Positions 9,633 to 19,800 of a DNA stretch of 64,000 bases are shown piece after piece; position 1 is the stretch's first letter, and each line of letters begins with the position of its first letter. Made by a program: the position numbers and the translations under genes. Source of the stretch: a virus (lineage: Duplodnaviria > Caudoviricetes); the IMG/VR virus record IMGVR_UViG_3300014019_000001, positions 1 to 64,000 of that record; one strand, 5' to 3'. The notes under the pieces are model-generated. The model was not told the origin of the DNA and ran no database searches. It worked only from the letters and a program-made list of their open reading frames with translations.

Positions 9633-12600
9633 TCAAACTTCAATAGAAATGAACTTGTTGGTGAAGTCGATGACGAACTTGCCGTCGTCGGATTGCGCTC
9701 GTCCGGCCGTGATGAGGCCGAGGTTGGTCGAGACGGCCGAGAGCGAGGTGACATCCATATTGTCTGCCTTCACGGCGCCCGCCTTGAGCTGCATGGTATC
9801 GATGGAGTCGGTCTTGATCTGACCACCATCGATCACCGTTCGGCCGTAGGTCGCGAACAACCACACGCCGCCCTTGTAGGTCGCCAGAATGACGTGATCG
9901 TCCTGGTTGGCGATGGACAGGTTGTTCGTGACGTGGAGCTGCTCTTCGTCCTTGATCCAGTAGACGAACATCGTGCCCGCTGTCCAATCGGCGTGACCGG
10001 CTGGAATGGCCTTCGTCATGACGGCGCCATCATCCCCGACATAGGCGATGGTTCCCGCAGACCAGGAGACGCTATTCACGGCAGGGCTGTTGTGCTCGAA
10101 GGTGATGCCATCGACAGTGATGCCGCGCATACCGATCACCACGGCATTCGCCTTGACGGTGTTTGCCGCCAGCGCGCCGCCGTTGATCTCGGTGCTGTCT
10201 CCGCCCATGGCCCAGTTGTCGAGGGTGCCGGTGTTGGAGACCTTGATCTTGCCAGGCTCGATCAGGGTGCTCTTGGCGTTCACACGCGCTGCGGGATCGG
10301 CCGCGCGATCTGCCACTGTGCCCAGGCTATCCCCATCCTCAACGATGACAGTCTTCGAAATCGTGGTGTTTGCCTGGATTTTCTCGGCCGAAAGGCTTTC
10401 GATCTTCGCCGACGAAACCACAGCATCCTTGAGCTGAAGGGTGTTTGTGATGACGGCATCATTCACCACAAGCTGCTGGGCGCCGACCGTGCCAGCGATC
10501 AGCGTGTTGCCATCGATCATCACCTTGCCGTCGGCCATCTGGAGATCAGTGCCGCCGCGATACACGGCGATCGGAAGACCGTCGTGAAGGAACATGTCGG
10601 TGATCGAGGTGCCGGTGCGCAGCACGGTCTCACCCTCGACATAGTAGATGTAGAGAGAGCCCGCCGACCATTCGGCGCTTCCCGCCGTCACGGTCTGGGT
10701 GTTCACCCCCTGAAGAGCGTTGCCAACGGCGATTTCGAAGATGTTCCACTCAACGTGGTTGTTCTCGGGGGCGTTCGGCGTCAGAACGAGACCGGTGATC
10801 TGGAGGCGCTTCGGCTCAGGAATGGTGGCCGTCACGCCGCTCTTCATCGCCGTGAGCTCGCTCCGATTGCCGGAGGTGTCGACGGCTCGAAGCCAGTAGA
10901 AGCGCTGGACCAAGTTCTCAAGCCCCGTGCGCGCGAACGATGCGCCCGGCGTCTTCCCGATGACCTCGGCGGCGTCCTCGTCGTTCGTTTCGCTTTCGAG
11001 CACCTCGATATAGGCAAGATCCTCCTCGGCGGGGTTGGTCCACGAGAGCCAGAAGGAGGTGAGGCCAGTTGTGATGGAGAAGTTCGTCGGCGTCGCGGGA
11101 GGAGTGGTGTCAGCAACGACGACGTGCTCGACCTCGCTCGTGTAGGGCGAGCGATTGCCGGCGAGATCGTAGGCACGCAGGCGGACCTTGTAGGTCACGC
11201 CGGGCAGGACGCGCCATTCATAGCTCGTGGAGGACGTGAGCGCGGAGATCCAGTTGCCCGAGCCCTGCTTGATCTCGATGTCATAGCCGGCGAGGTCGTC
11301 TTCCGTGTTCTCGACCCACTGGGCGACGAGCTTCGCCAGACCACCTTCAAGATGCGACTGAAGCGCAAGGCCGGCGGGGGTCTCCGGCGCTTCCAGGTCG
11401 ATGCCGCTGACGGCCGTCACGATCTGCAATTCGGGCGAGATGTTCAGATCTTCCCGTCCGAAGGCGTCGTAAGCGGCGAACCGGCAATAGTAGGTCGTTG
11501 ACGGCTCGGCCGGAAAGATGATCATGCTGTCAGCCGAGTCCGTCCACACCGGCGTCGTCAGGGGATCGAAGCCCGTCCCGCTCTCCACCCACACCAGGAA
11601 GCCAGCGAAATCGGCTTCCTGTGCCTGCGTGGCGAAGTGAAAGTAGATCTGGTCTTTCGTGACGTAGGTCATCGGGACGATGGCCGCCGGCGCCAGATTG
11701 CTGAACTCGGCAGTTGCGACTGCCGAAGTGCGATCAAAGGTGTCGGTGACTGTGACTTCAAGACGCACCGCGCGGCGCGCGGAAGGCAATCCCTTCGCGG
11801 TGGCGTCAGCCGCGTTCATCTCGTGGGTGTAGAGAAGGGTCGGACCAGACGTCTCCTGCTCGCGCAGAAGAACGCCCGTCTTCACGTCGAAAATCTTGAC
11901 CGTGTTGTGCTTGTAGAAGGGCGACCAGCCCGGCGTCAGCACGCCGTCATCGGACGTCGGGTCGGAGGAGCCAGCGAAGCTATTGTCCCAGGCAATATTG
12001 ATGTCGCGGCCGACGAACTGCGTTCCCGGCCGATCTGCCAGGCGAATGTTCGTCACGGTCGGCAGAGGAATGCCAGCCGGGCCAATGGCCTCGTATTCGA
12101 CTTCGACCCAATCGGACGGCCGTTTGGTGGCGCTTCGCGAGCGAACCGAGAATGTGTAGGGGCCGGGAGAGACATCATTGAGCTCAACCCAGGTCTTTTC
12201 CGTCTCGCCGTAATTGATCTCGCCGTCGAACGGCGTGATGATCTTCACGTCGAAGGAGCGAGCAATTGCCGTCGGGTTCGGCGACCACGAAAAGAGGATG
12301 CGCGAGCGCTGGGTGCCGTTGAGCTGGTAGAAGACCTCGCGCACCTTGAGGTTTTCCGGCGGCAGCGAGATATCCTTCGGGCGCGTGTAGGGCAGCGGGT
12401 CGAAAACGATGTTCTGCTCGACACGGGCGTATTTCAGCGGGTCGTGGAAAAGCGCCGTCACCTTGAAGACGTTCTTTTCCTCCTCCTGCACGGACAGCAC
12501 GCGGAACTGGCGCGGCACGATGTCCGTGCCGACGATGGCATACATCGCATCCGGCAACAGATCTTCGGCATAGGGCTCGTCAAGAACGGGCGTGTGAGCA

Positions 12601-14324
12601 TTCAGCCAACCGACGATGGCGCGTGTCTCCAGCTTGCCAGCGGGCAGCGCGGCCATCAGCGCGTAGGTTTCCCCAGGCGTTGCCTCAAAGTCACCGTCGA
12701 GATCGACCGTCTTGGCCGGAACATCATAGCCGCGAATTCGACCAGCGAAGCGCACTTGCGCCTTTGCCGGATCGGCGACGGCGACGATATCGCCCGGACG
12801 CACCTCGGCGTGATCCCAGCTCGCCTGGTATTCGACGGTCTCGTTTTCGTGCTGCTCGACGTCCAGGATCCACTTGCCATAACGGTGCGCCAGGCCCCGA
12901 GACGTGCAGCCATCGAAGGTGACGTTCTTCTCGCGCCAGCCATAACGACGGAGCATGGCATCGTTGATGACCACCTCGATCGTGGACTGGTAGAAATCGT
13001 CCGGGTCGTTCCACTTCACAAGCACAACGGAATGGCGCGCCTTCAGAGCCGTGCCGGAATAGTTGAACTCGCCGCCGATGACGTTCGCCGGGGTGACAAT
13101 CTTGATCGGGTCGGCCGGGATGTCGGCCGTCGCGAAGACCTGGCCGAGCGACCAGTAAGCCATCCCGCGCCACGCCGTCGTGACCGACTGGAGGACGTGA
13201 TAGGCTTCCTCGCGCGTGTTGATGACCCCGTTGAAGGTGAAGCGGGGCTCCATCACGTCTTCGCCGGTCACAGTATTCTTGTAGCCGGAAGGCACGAGCT
13301 GGTCGCAATATTGGGCGATCGTGTAGAGCGACCACTTGTCGACGATCTCCGGCCGGATGAACTCGCCAAGGCCGTATCGATCGTTGGTGATCAGGTCATA
13401 GAAGATCCAGGCCGGATTGTTCGTCCAGGAGCGCTTGAAGGTGCCGTCCCAGATGCCGGTATAGGTGCGCGTCTCCACGTTATAGTTGGACGGCACCTGA
13501 ACCTTGATACCGCGAACGTGGTAGGAGCGCGCCGGCACGCTGTTGCCCATATCCTCGCCATTGACTTCCATGGCGACGGCGGCGGTGTGCGGATAGATGT
13601 ATTTGCCATCGACGATGACGACGTAGCCTTCCCACCACAGCTCATTCTGGAGCTCGATGACGGTTGCGTCGTCGGTGACGCGCTCAACACGAATGTCCCA
13701 AGGGGAGCCGTTGAGAGGCAGCTCGACACGATGGGCAATCTGATAGGGGCTGGTGCACTTCTCGTTCTTGATATCCTTCTCGACCGCCAGCGCCCAGGCG
13801 CCGCCGTAGGGACGCACCCAGATGCGATACGAGAGCGAGGCCGTCTGCATGACGCCCTTCGACTTGTTCTGGTAGAAGAGTGCAGGGACGCGCAACAGCA
13901 GCCGCACGGCGTCAGCGTTCGCGTCGACAATGGTGCGCTGGACCGGGCCGACGCTCTTACGGATCTGGACTTCGACCTGATGCGGGGTCTCGACGCCGGC
14001 ATGCCCTGGGAAGTGTCCCTCGTCCGGCAGTCCCTTGTGCTCAGTCCAGTTGACGTTCTTGAAATTGAACGAGTCGTCGGGGTTCTGAAGCGGCGTCTGC
14101 TCGAAGTAGATGGACTTGGCGCCATTCACGAGGCCCTCAATCTCCCCTTCGGAGATCGCCTCGATCATGCGCACGCGCGCCTTGGAGCGCAGCGTATTGT
14201 CGGCGTCCTTGCCGCCGCTACCGCCGCCCTTGCCTTTCCCGCCGCCACCACCAGAGCCGCGAACACGCAGCTCAGCCAGATCCTCGGCCAGCGCCTGGGC
14301 GCCGCTATCCTGCCAGTGTTCCAT
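9633..14324 (-). CDS. Tail tip / host specificity protein (lambda J-like) with FN3 domains
   Basis: ISEGEIEGL, WTNNPAWIFYDL..RYGLG, EPRFTFNG, GCTSRGLAHR.GKW motifs; FN3 repeats (YRVRLRA.D.AGNRS-like). Confidence 0.95.
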   Translation of the reverse strand: MEHWQDSGAQALAEDLAELRVRGSGGGGGKGKGGGSGGKDADNTLRSKARVRMIEAISEGEIEGLVNGAKSIYFEQTPLQNPDDSFNFKNVNWTEHKGLPDEGHFPGHAGVETPHQVEVQIRKSVGPVQRTIVDANADAVRLLLRVPALFYQNKSKGVMQTASLSYRIWVRPYGGAWALAVEKDIKNEKCTSPYQIAHRVELPLNGSPWDIRVERVTDDATVIELQNELWWEGYVVIVDGKYIYPHTAAVAMEVNGEDMGNSVPARSYHVRGIKVQVPSNYNVETRTYTGIWDGTFKRSWTNNPAWIFYDLITNDRYGLGEFIRPEIVDKWSLYTIAQYCDQLVPSGYKNTVTGEDVMEPRFTFNGVINTREEAYHVLQSVTTAWRGMAYWSLGQVFATADIPADPIKIVTPANVIGGEFNYSGTALKARHSVVLVKWNDPDDFYQSTIEVVINDAMLRRYGWREKNVTFDGCTSRGLAHRYGKWILDVEQHENETVEYQASWDHAEVRPGDIVAVADPAKAQVRFAGRIRGYDVPAKTVDLDGDFEATPGETYALMAALPAGKLETRAIVGWLNAHTPVLDEPYAEDLLPDAMYAIVGTDIVPRQFRVLSVQEEEKNVFKVTALFHDPLKYARVEQNIVFDPLPYTRPKDISLPPENLKVREVFYQLNGTQRSRILFSWSPNPTAIARSFDVKIITPFDGEINYGETEKTWVELNDVSPGPYTFSVRSRSATKRPSDWVEVEYEAIGPAGIPLPTVTNIRLADRPGTQFVGRDINIAWDNSFAGSSDPTSDDGVLTPGWSPFYKHNTVKIFDVKTGVLLREQETSGPTLLYTHEMNAADATAKGLPSARRAVRLEVTVTDTFDRTSAVATAEFSNLAPAAIVPMTYVTKDQIYFHFATQAQEADFAGFLVWVESGTGFDPLTTPVWTDSADSMIIFPAEPSTTYYCRFAAYDAFGREDLNISPELQIVTAVSGIDLEAPETPAGLALQSHLEGGLAKLVAQWVENTEDDLAGYDIEIKQGSGNWISALTSSTSYEWRVLPGVTYKVRLRAYDLAGNRSPYTSEVEHVVVADTTPPATPTNFSITTGLTSFWLSWTNPAEEDLAYIEVLESETNDEDAAEVIGKTPGASFARTGLENLVQRFYWLRAVDTSGNRSELTAMKSGVTATIPEPKRLQITGLVLTPNAPENNHVEWNIFEIAVGNALQGVNTQTVTAGSAEWSAGSLYIYYVEGETVLRTGTSITDMFLHDGLPIAVYRGGTDLQMADGKVMIDGNTLIAGTVGAQQLVVNDAVITNTLQLKDAVVSSAKIESLSAEKIQANTTISKTVIVEDGDSLGTVADRAADPAARVNAKSTLIEPGKIKVSNTGTLDNWAMGGDSTEINGGALAANTVKANAVVIGMRGITVDGITFEHNSPAVNSVSWSAGTIAYVGDDGAVMTKAIPAGHADWTAGTMFVYWIKDEEQLHVTNNLSIANQDDHVILATYKGGVWLFATYGRTVIDGGQIKTDSIDTMQLKAGAVKADNMDVTSLSAVSTNLGLITAGRAQSDDGKFVIDFTNKFISIEV

Positions 14325-14932
14325 CAGGCACCCACCGCGATCTTTTCGACGTCCATGCCGCCGGAGATCAGGACAGAACCTGTGATGACCTCGCCGTAGA
14401 CGAGCGGAACCGGGTAGCCCTGATCGTAAGTGTTGCCGGGGCCGGACATGGTGAATGAGGACTCCTTGTCGGAGTCGCTGGACTTCTTCTCCGGCGAGAG
14501 CATCTGCGCGGCGCCGCCGAGAGCGAGCGCTGCGCCGAAAATCATCAGATGGCCGTAAGTGGCGCCGCCGAGGACGCCTGCGCCACCGAAGATCGGCGCA
14601 GCGAAGCCGCCCATGAAGAAGCCGAAGCCGACAAGTGCAACGCCCAGAATGACCTTGAGCAGTCCGGCGCGCTTCGAGCCGGCGACGTGCGGAACAATGT
14701 GCAGATCGCCCCTGCCGAGATGGAAGCTCGCGAGGTCATCCTCGCCCAGCGACATGCCGTGATCGATGTCGTCGCCTCGGACGACATGCCAAGATCCCTC
14801 GCGGAAATCCTTCAGGATGTCGGGGAAGTTGGCTCCGAGCGCGCGCACCGCTTCGGCAGCCGTATTCACATCCAGATCGAACTCGCTGCCATACTTGGCG
14901 GCGATGGCGCCGTAGAGGTGGATTTTACGCAT
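14324..14932 (-). CDS. Tail assembly protein (lambda I-like)
   Basis: N-terminal ubiquitin-like IHLYG..TAAEAVRAL; C-terminal QGYPVPLVYGE..GS..IS. Confidence 0.92.
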   Translation of the reverse strand: MRKIHLYGAIAAKYGSEFDLDVNTAAEAVRALGANFPDILKDFREGSWHVVRGDDIDHGMSLGEDDLASFHLGRGDLHIVPHVAGSKRAGLLKVILGVALVGFGFFMGGFAAPIFGGAGVLGGATYGHLMIFGAALALGGAAQMLSPEKKSSDSDKESSFTMSGPGNTYDQGYPVPLVYGEVITGSVLISGGMDVEKIAVGA

Positions 14933-15710
14933 CGACGCCCTCGTGACGAACCCAGAGAGCAGCCTGGCGACCCCAAAGACCGGCCGGCTCTCGGCGCGAG
15001 GCGCGCATCGGAAGGTGATGAATGATCACATCGTCCGTAACCAGGAGACCGGCGTGGTTCAGCTTGTCCGAACGCAGCTTGACGAGAAAACCATCGCCGG
15101 CGCGCGCTTCATGGGGCTGAATGATGCGGAAACCGTTCTTCTTCAGACCGTCGGTGTAGAGATCCTTGCCATGCTCCCACCAGCCGTCGTCGCGCGGCAC
15201 TTCAGGCAGAAAGCGCGGCTCATACGGCCAGACATCGCTGACGCCTTGGGCGGCGAGACCATCTTTCCCGAGCGCGAAGGCATCTCGGATCAGCGAATAG
15301 CAATCGTGAATGCCGTGCAAGAACTGGCGGCCGATCAGATCGGTCTTCGGCACACCATCGCCCCACATGATCGGATCACCGATGCGCGTGACGCCATCTT
15401 CTTCGAGAAGAGGAATGATGCCCCACGGAACGTTCGTCTGGATCTGACCAAGCATGTCTGCTTCGGTCGGGAACAGCGGCCCGCCCGGATGAGAGTGCAG
15501 AACGGCCTCGATGCCGCCTCGCTTGGCGTAGGCCGCGTAGACCTTCGCCGGAATTTCGAAATCGACGGTCGGATCGGAGGCGATGTTGTCGCAAGGCACG
15601 TATTCGCCTCGAAAGACGATGCCGCAGCTTTCGTTCGGATAGACGCTCTTGGCGTGGTCCTTTGCTGCTTCGATGACGGAATAAGGAAGCAGTGACTTAT
15701 GATTGTTCAC
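14925..15710 (-). CDS. Tail assembly protein K (JAB/MPN + NlpC/P60)
   Basis: YPNESCG, HSHP..D JAB motif; DCYSLIRD and NHAG NlpC/P60 motifs. Confidence 0.92.
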   Translation of the reverse strand: MNNHKSLLPYSVIEAAKDHAKSVYPNESCGIVFRGEYVPCDNIASDPTVDFEIPAKVYAAYAKRGGIEAVLHSHPGGPLFPTEADMLGQIQTNVPWGIIPLLEEDGVTRIGDPIMWGDGVPKTDLIGRQFLHGIHDCYSLIRDAFALGKDGLAAQGVSDVWPYEPRFLPEVPRDDGWWEHGKDLYTDGLKKNGFRIIQPHEARAGDGFLVKLRSDKLNHAGLLVTDDVIIHHLPMRASRREPAGLWGRQAALWVRHEGVDA

Positions 15711-16420
15711 GCGCGAATCCTCGCTACTCCCGGAAAGCCGCCAAAGGGCAGCGGATTGTTCTTGCCGAAGCGCGCTTCACAGCACGAGATGCGCCGGCTC
15801 GGCACGTCCAGCGCCGGATCAAAGACCTCTTGGTCGTTGATGTCGAAGAAGCGATGAGCGGCGAAGGGGCACTGCGCCTTCGAATAGTCGAAGGTGTTTG
15901 TGGAGGGATTGAAAGCCCGGTAGCGCCAGAGACAGGTATCCCGGACAACGGGCCGACCGGGAAGCATCTTGCCTTCCTGGTCGATCGCCGTGGACAGTTC
16001 CCACTCCAGATAGACCGGGTTTTCCGCCACCTTGCGCTCGACGCGGAACTGGTCAGGACCGTAGAAGGCAGAGCCGTCCGGCTCGGAACCGTTATCGAGG
16101 AAGCGGGCAAAGGTGCGAATTCGGTAGATCGGGCAACCCAGAACGTCGCCGAACGTGCTCAGGATCGACTGCATGATGCCATCGTGGTTGGCGACGCGGA
16201 TGGTCGGGGTAGGAAGTGCGCCCACGCCGGAGGTCTCCATGCCGGTGAACTCGCAATCGATCGCCTGATACTGAACGCCGCCAAACGAGACCGCCTGGTC
16301 AAGCTCTCTGCCCTGCACAAACGAGATCTGGGGGCCGCCGATAGAAGTCGTGTCGAGCGTGAACAGGCTCACGATCGCATCGGGATTCAGGGATTGCGCG
16401 ACTTGCTGGACGGTGGTCAT
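15707..16420 (-). CDS. Minor tail protein L
   Basis: RIRTFARFLD, C-terminal Cys cluster and LPFGGFPG. Confidence 0.92.
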   Translation of the reverse strand: MTTVQQVAQSLNPDAIVSLFTLDTTSIGGPQISFVQGRELDQAVSFGGVQYQAIDCEFTGMETSGVGALPTPTIRVANHDGIMQSILSTFGDVLGCPIYRIRTFARFLDNGSEPDGSAFYGPDQFRVERKVAENPVYLEWELSTAIDQEGKMLPGRPVVRDTCLWRYRAFNPSTNTFDYSKAQCPFAAHRFFDINDQEVFDPALDVPSRRISCCEARFGKNNPLPFGGFPGVARIRA

Positions 16421-16473
16421 AGGGCCTCATGTAGATGGCCCTATAATAAGTCATCGATTACTTAGCTACAAGG

Positions 16474-16827
16474 CTAAATCTGCGAGGTAAAGCTCTGCAC
16501 CAGCTTAGCGCTCATCTTCCAGACACCATCGGTGAGCTGCTTGCTCCACTCCTTGCACGTCCACTTGGCAGTTCGGTCATGCCCGGCCGGCTTGTAATAG
16601 AACGGCTCGGCTCCCTTGCGCGCGACGAAGAAGCCATAGATCTGCTTCATCTCGAATTCCGTTAGTCCGTTCCAGCTCAGATCGACAGTTTCACGGATGT
16701 TGTTGATCCCATCCGGCGTCGGCTGGGAGTAGCCGTCGCCAAATTCAGCTTCGAGAACCTTCACCTGGGGCTGGAAGTTGGTGCCAGGGGACGGCTTCAC
16801 AATAGGGTCGAATGTCGGAAGCGCCAT
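16474..16827 (-). CDS. Minor tail protein M (distal tail)
   Basis: FGDGYSQ..PDGINN motif. Confidence 0.92.
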   Translation of the reverse strand: MALPTFDPIVKPSPGTNFQPQVKVLEAEFGDGYSQPTPDGINNIRETVDLSWNGLTEFEMKQIYGFFVARKGAEPFYYKPAGHDRTAKWTCKEWSKQLTDGVWKMSAKLVQSFTSQI

Positions 16828-19800
16828 TATCGGTTCCTGTTGTTCGCGAAGTTGCCCGGACGGGTCTGTTTACGCATCTCGTCGGCAACGACACCTCGCA
16901 TCGTTGCCTCCATCTGTTTTGCCATCTGCTTTGCGAGATCCTGGTTCTGCTCGTGGGTGCCAGCGGAGCCATTGACCGTGACGGGGGCGTTGATCGCAAA
17001 CGTGGTCTGGCTGAAGCCACCCATGTTTGCCATCTGCTCGGGGGTGAAGACCCCCTCCCCTTCCTGTGCGATGATCGGCACCTCGCCACGCCCGAGCTTC
17101 GGACCAGCAAGGTTTCCCATAGCGTTCACGATGCCGCCGCTATGAAACTTCTTGGCACCGACGAAGATGCCGGGATTGACCGCCCGGTGAACAGCAGCCG
17201 CGCCGACGATACCGCCGCCATGGAAGACGCCAGCTTTGCCCTTGGTTGCCGCTCCGGCGAGCTGCTTGCCCTTTCCACCAAAGCCCTTCTGGCCCATGTT
17301 CGGAGCGCCGGCCTTGTTGCCCATCCCGGACCAGATCTGCGACATCATGTATTTGATGCCCATATTGATCACGTCCTTCAGGATGCCCTGAATGACCTGG
17401 CGCAGGTCGCCGGTGCCCATGATGAGATTCGTCAGGCCGTCGGCCAGCGAGTTCATCCAGCTCTGGGTAGCGTTTGCGAGATTGGTCTGCAGGTCGCCCC
17501 ACTGCTGGAGCATCCCGGTGATCGGGCTTGCGGCGGCGGCCGCCTGCCTGCGAAGAGCAGCCTTCTGTGCTTCGGCGGCTGCGACGATCCGGACCTTTTC
17601 CTGTTCGGAGCCCTGAAACGCAGCGACCTCAGCATCAATACGCGCAATCTCTTCCTGAAGCGCAATCTGCCGGCGCTGACTTTCCGACATCAGGTTTCGG
17701 TTGATATCGGACGTTTCCTTCGCCCATTTCGCACCAGCTTCTGACGCTTCCATGTTGCGATGCTGACGCAACATGGTCTCACGCAGGGCGAGCGCTTGGC
17801 GATACTGTTCGGTCTCGCGACCATAGGCGCGCTCGACATCAGCAAGGTAGTCGTCAAGGTCCTGGCGAAGAGACCGATAGGCGCTGCTGGACTTCTTCTC
17901 CAGCGGATCGAGCATGCGTGCGTTGGCTTCCTCGACACGGCGGGCGAGTTCGATCTGCCGCTGTTTGAACTGCTCGGCGCCGCTGTCGGCCTTACTCATT
18001 GCCGACTTCCGCTTCGCGCGATCGGCTTCAACCCGGTCGAGCTCCTTCGCGGCAGCAATCAGCTCCTTGTATTCGGGAGCTTCGAGATCCTTGGAGCCCA
18101 GCTTGCCGGAGCGAATCTCGTCCTGAAGCTCCTTCAGGTTCTTGCCGGTTCCCTCGATGCCCTTGGCGGCTTCTTCGGCCTTGGACTTGAGCTTTTCCAG
18201 ATAATCGGCGCGACCTTGCTTCTGCTCCTTGGAGAGGAGATCGGTTTCCTTGCTTTGCAGGTTTTCGGCGGCAGTCTTCAGCTTTTCCGACGCAGCCACG
18301 CGCTCGGCGATCTGCGCCTGCATCGAGGCTTCAAGACCAGGATCATAGGTCGGAGCAGCGTTCTTGCCCGAGTTCAGCGCGGCAGCAGCCGCCACCGTCG
18401 GGCCCCGGCCGACGTTCGGATCGCCGCGCCACTCGAAGTGCATCGCATCCTTGACGGATTTCCAGTCGCCGCCCCAGGACAAACCCCATTTCGCCGCAAG
18501 CGCCGAGATGTTCTTCGGCATATCGGTGATGAGGCGATCGTCCATCGGGTTCGTCGCCGGATTGATGTCGATGGCATTGCCGAAGGCGTGCTCGGACAGG
18601 CTGTTCTTGCCGCGCTTGTTGCGCAGGTTGTAGCCGCCGATGGATTTGACGTTGTAGCCCTGATCGATCAGTTCGTTGACGAAGCCTTGGAACGCTGCGG
18701 CGGCTGCCTTGTGCACCTGAGCCTGCATGCCGTTCGAGAAACCGATCGACGTAATGTTCTCCGCAGCCCAACCGGGAGCGCGTGGATTGCCCCAGGCGCT
18801 CATATTGCCGGACATCAGGTTGGCGCCGGACGTATAGCCGCCCTGCCCGGTCCACGCGGCGATCGCTTCGACCGGGAGATGAGCGACCGGAAGCGTGCCA
18901 GTGCCCTGCGGCATTGCGAGACCGGAGAAATTGATGCCGTTGAGACCCTGACCGATCTGATCGAGGATAAGGGTCGTTTCGCGCAGCTTGTCGTTGACGC
19001 CCTGGATCTTGTTCTGGGTCGGATCGCCGAACACGTTGTTCTGCAGGACGTCGCCAAGCTGGTTCGACTTCGAGCCGGCGATGTCCAGGCGACCGTAGAC
19101 GCCCTCCAGCGCCTTCGCGATCTCGGAGGCAGGGCCAAGCCCCTTGTAGGCGCCGTTGTTCATGCGCAGGATGAAGCGCTCACCCTCGGTGATCGTGCGC
19201 CCCTGCTGCTTTTCGAGCAGCTCCATCTCGCGATCGAAGAGGCGCTTCTCGATATTCTTCAGGTCGCGTTCGGCATCCTTCTGTCCCTGCCGCAGCTCCT
19301 CGAAGGCTTCGAGCTCAGCGGTGGCCCGGCGAATGTCCTCAGCCAGTGCCTGGACCTCTTCACGCCCCATATCGCCGAACTTGTTCGTCGCCAGCATTTC
19401 CTGAAGCTTGGCAAGCTCGGGCGAGGTGCCGGCAATTTCAGCCTTCACCCCGGCGATGCTTTCTTTCAGGCGCTGAAGCGCTTTCTCGCCCTTGTCGTAG
19501 GCCGAGTTCGGATCCTGCACCTTGGCGAGCAACGGGACAGTTGAAGCCTGGAAGTTCTGAAGAGCTTCCTTCTCCTGGCGAAGGCGGCCGCGAAGCGAAT
19601 TGACGCGCTCCAGCGCCTGCTTCTTTGCCTCACCGGAGGCATATTTCTCGACCTCCTTCTCCCAGAGGAGCATTCCCTCCAATTCGCGGATCTGGTCTTC
19701 GTAGAACTTCTTCTGGGCCTTGCTGTAGGCTTCGCGGCGCTCCTCCTCGACCTTCTGAACGTCGCCACCACTCTCGCGCGCCTTGTTCGCGAGTTCATTG

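Noticed and set aside
9693-14399. Long plus-strand ORFs (9693..11501, 11637..14399 and similar opposite other structural genes)
   Set aside because: Antisense shadows of GC3-rich genes with no motifs or RBS
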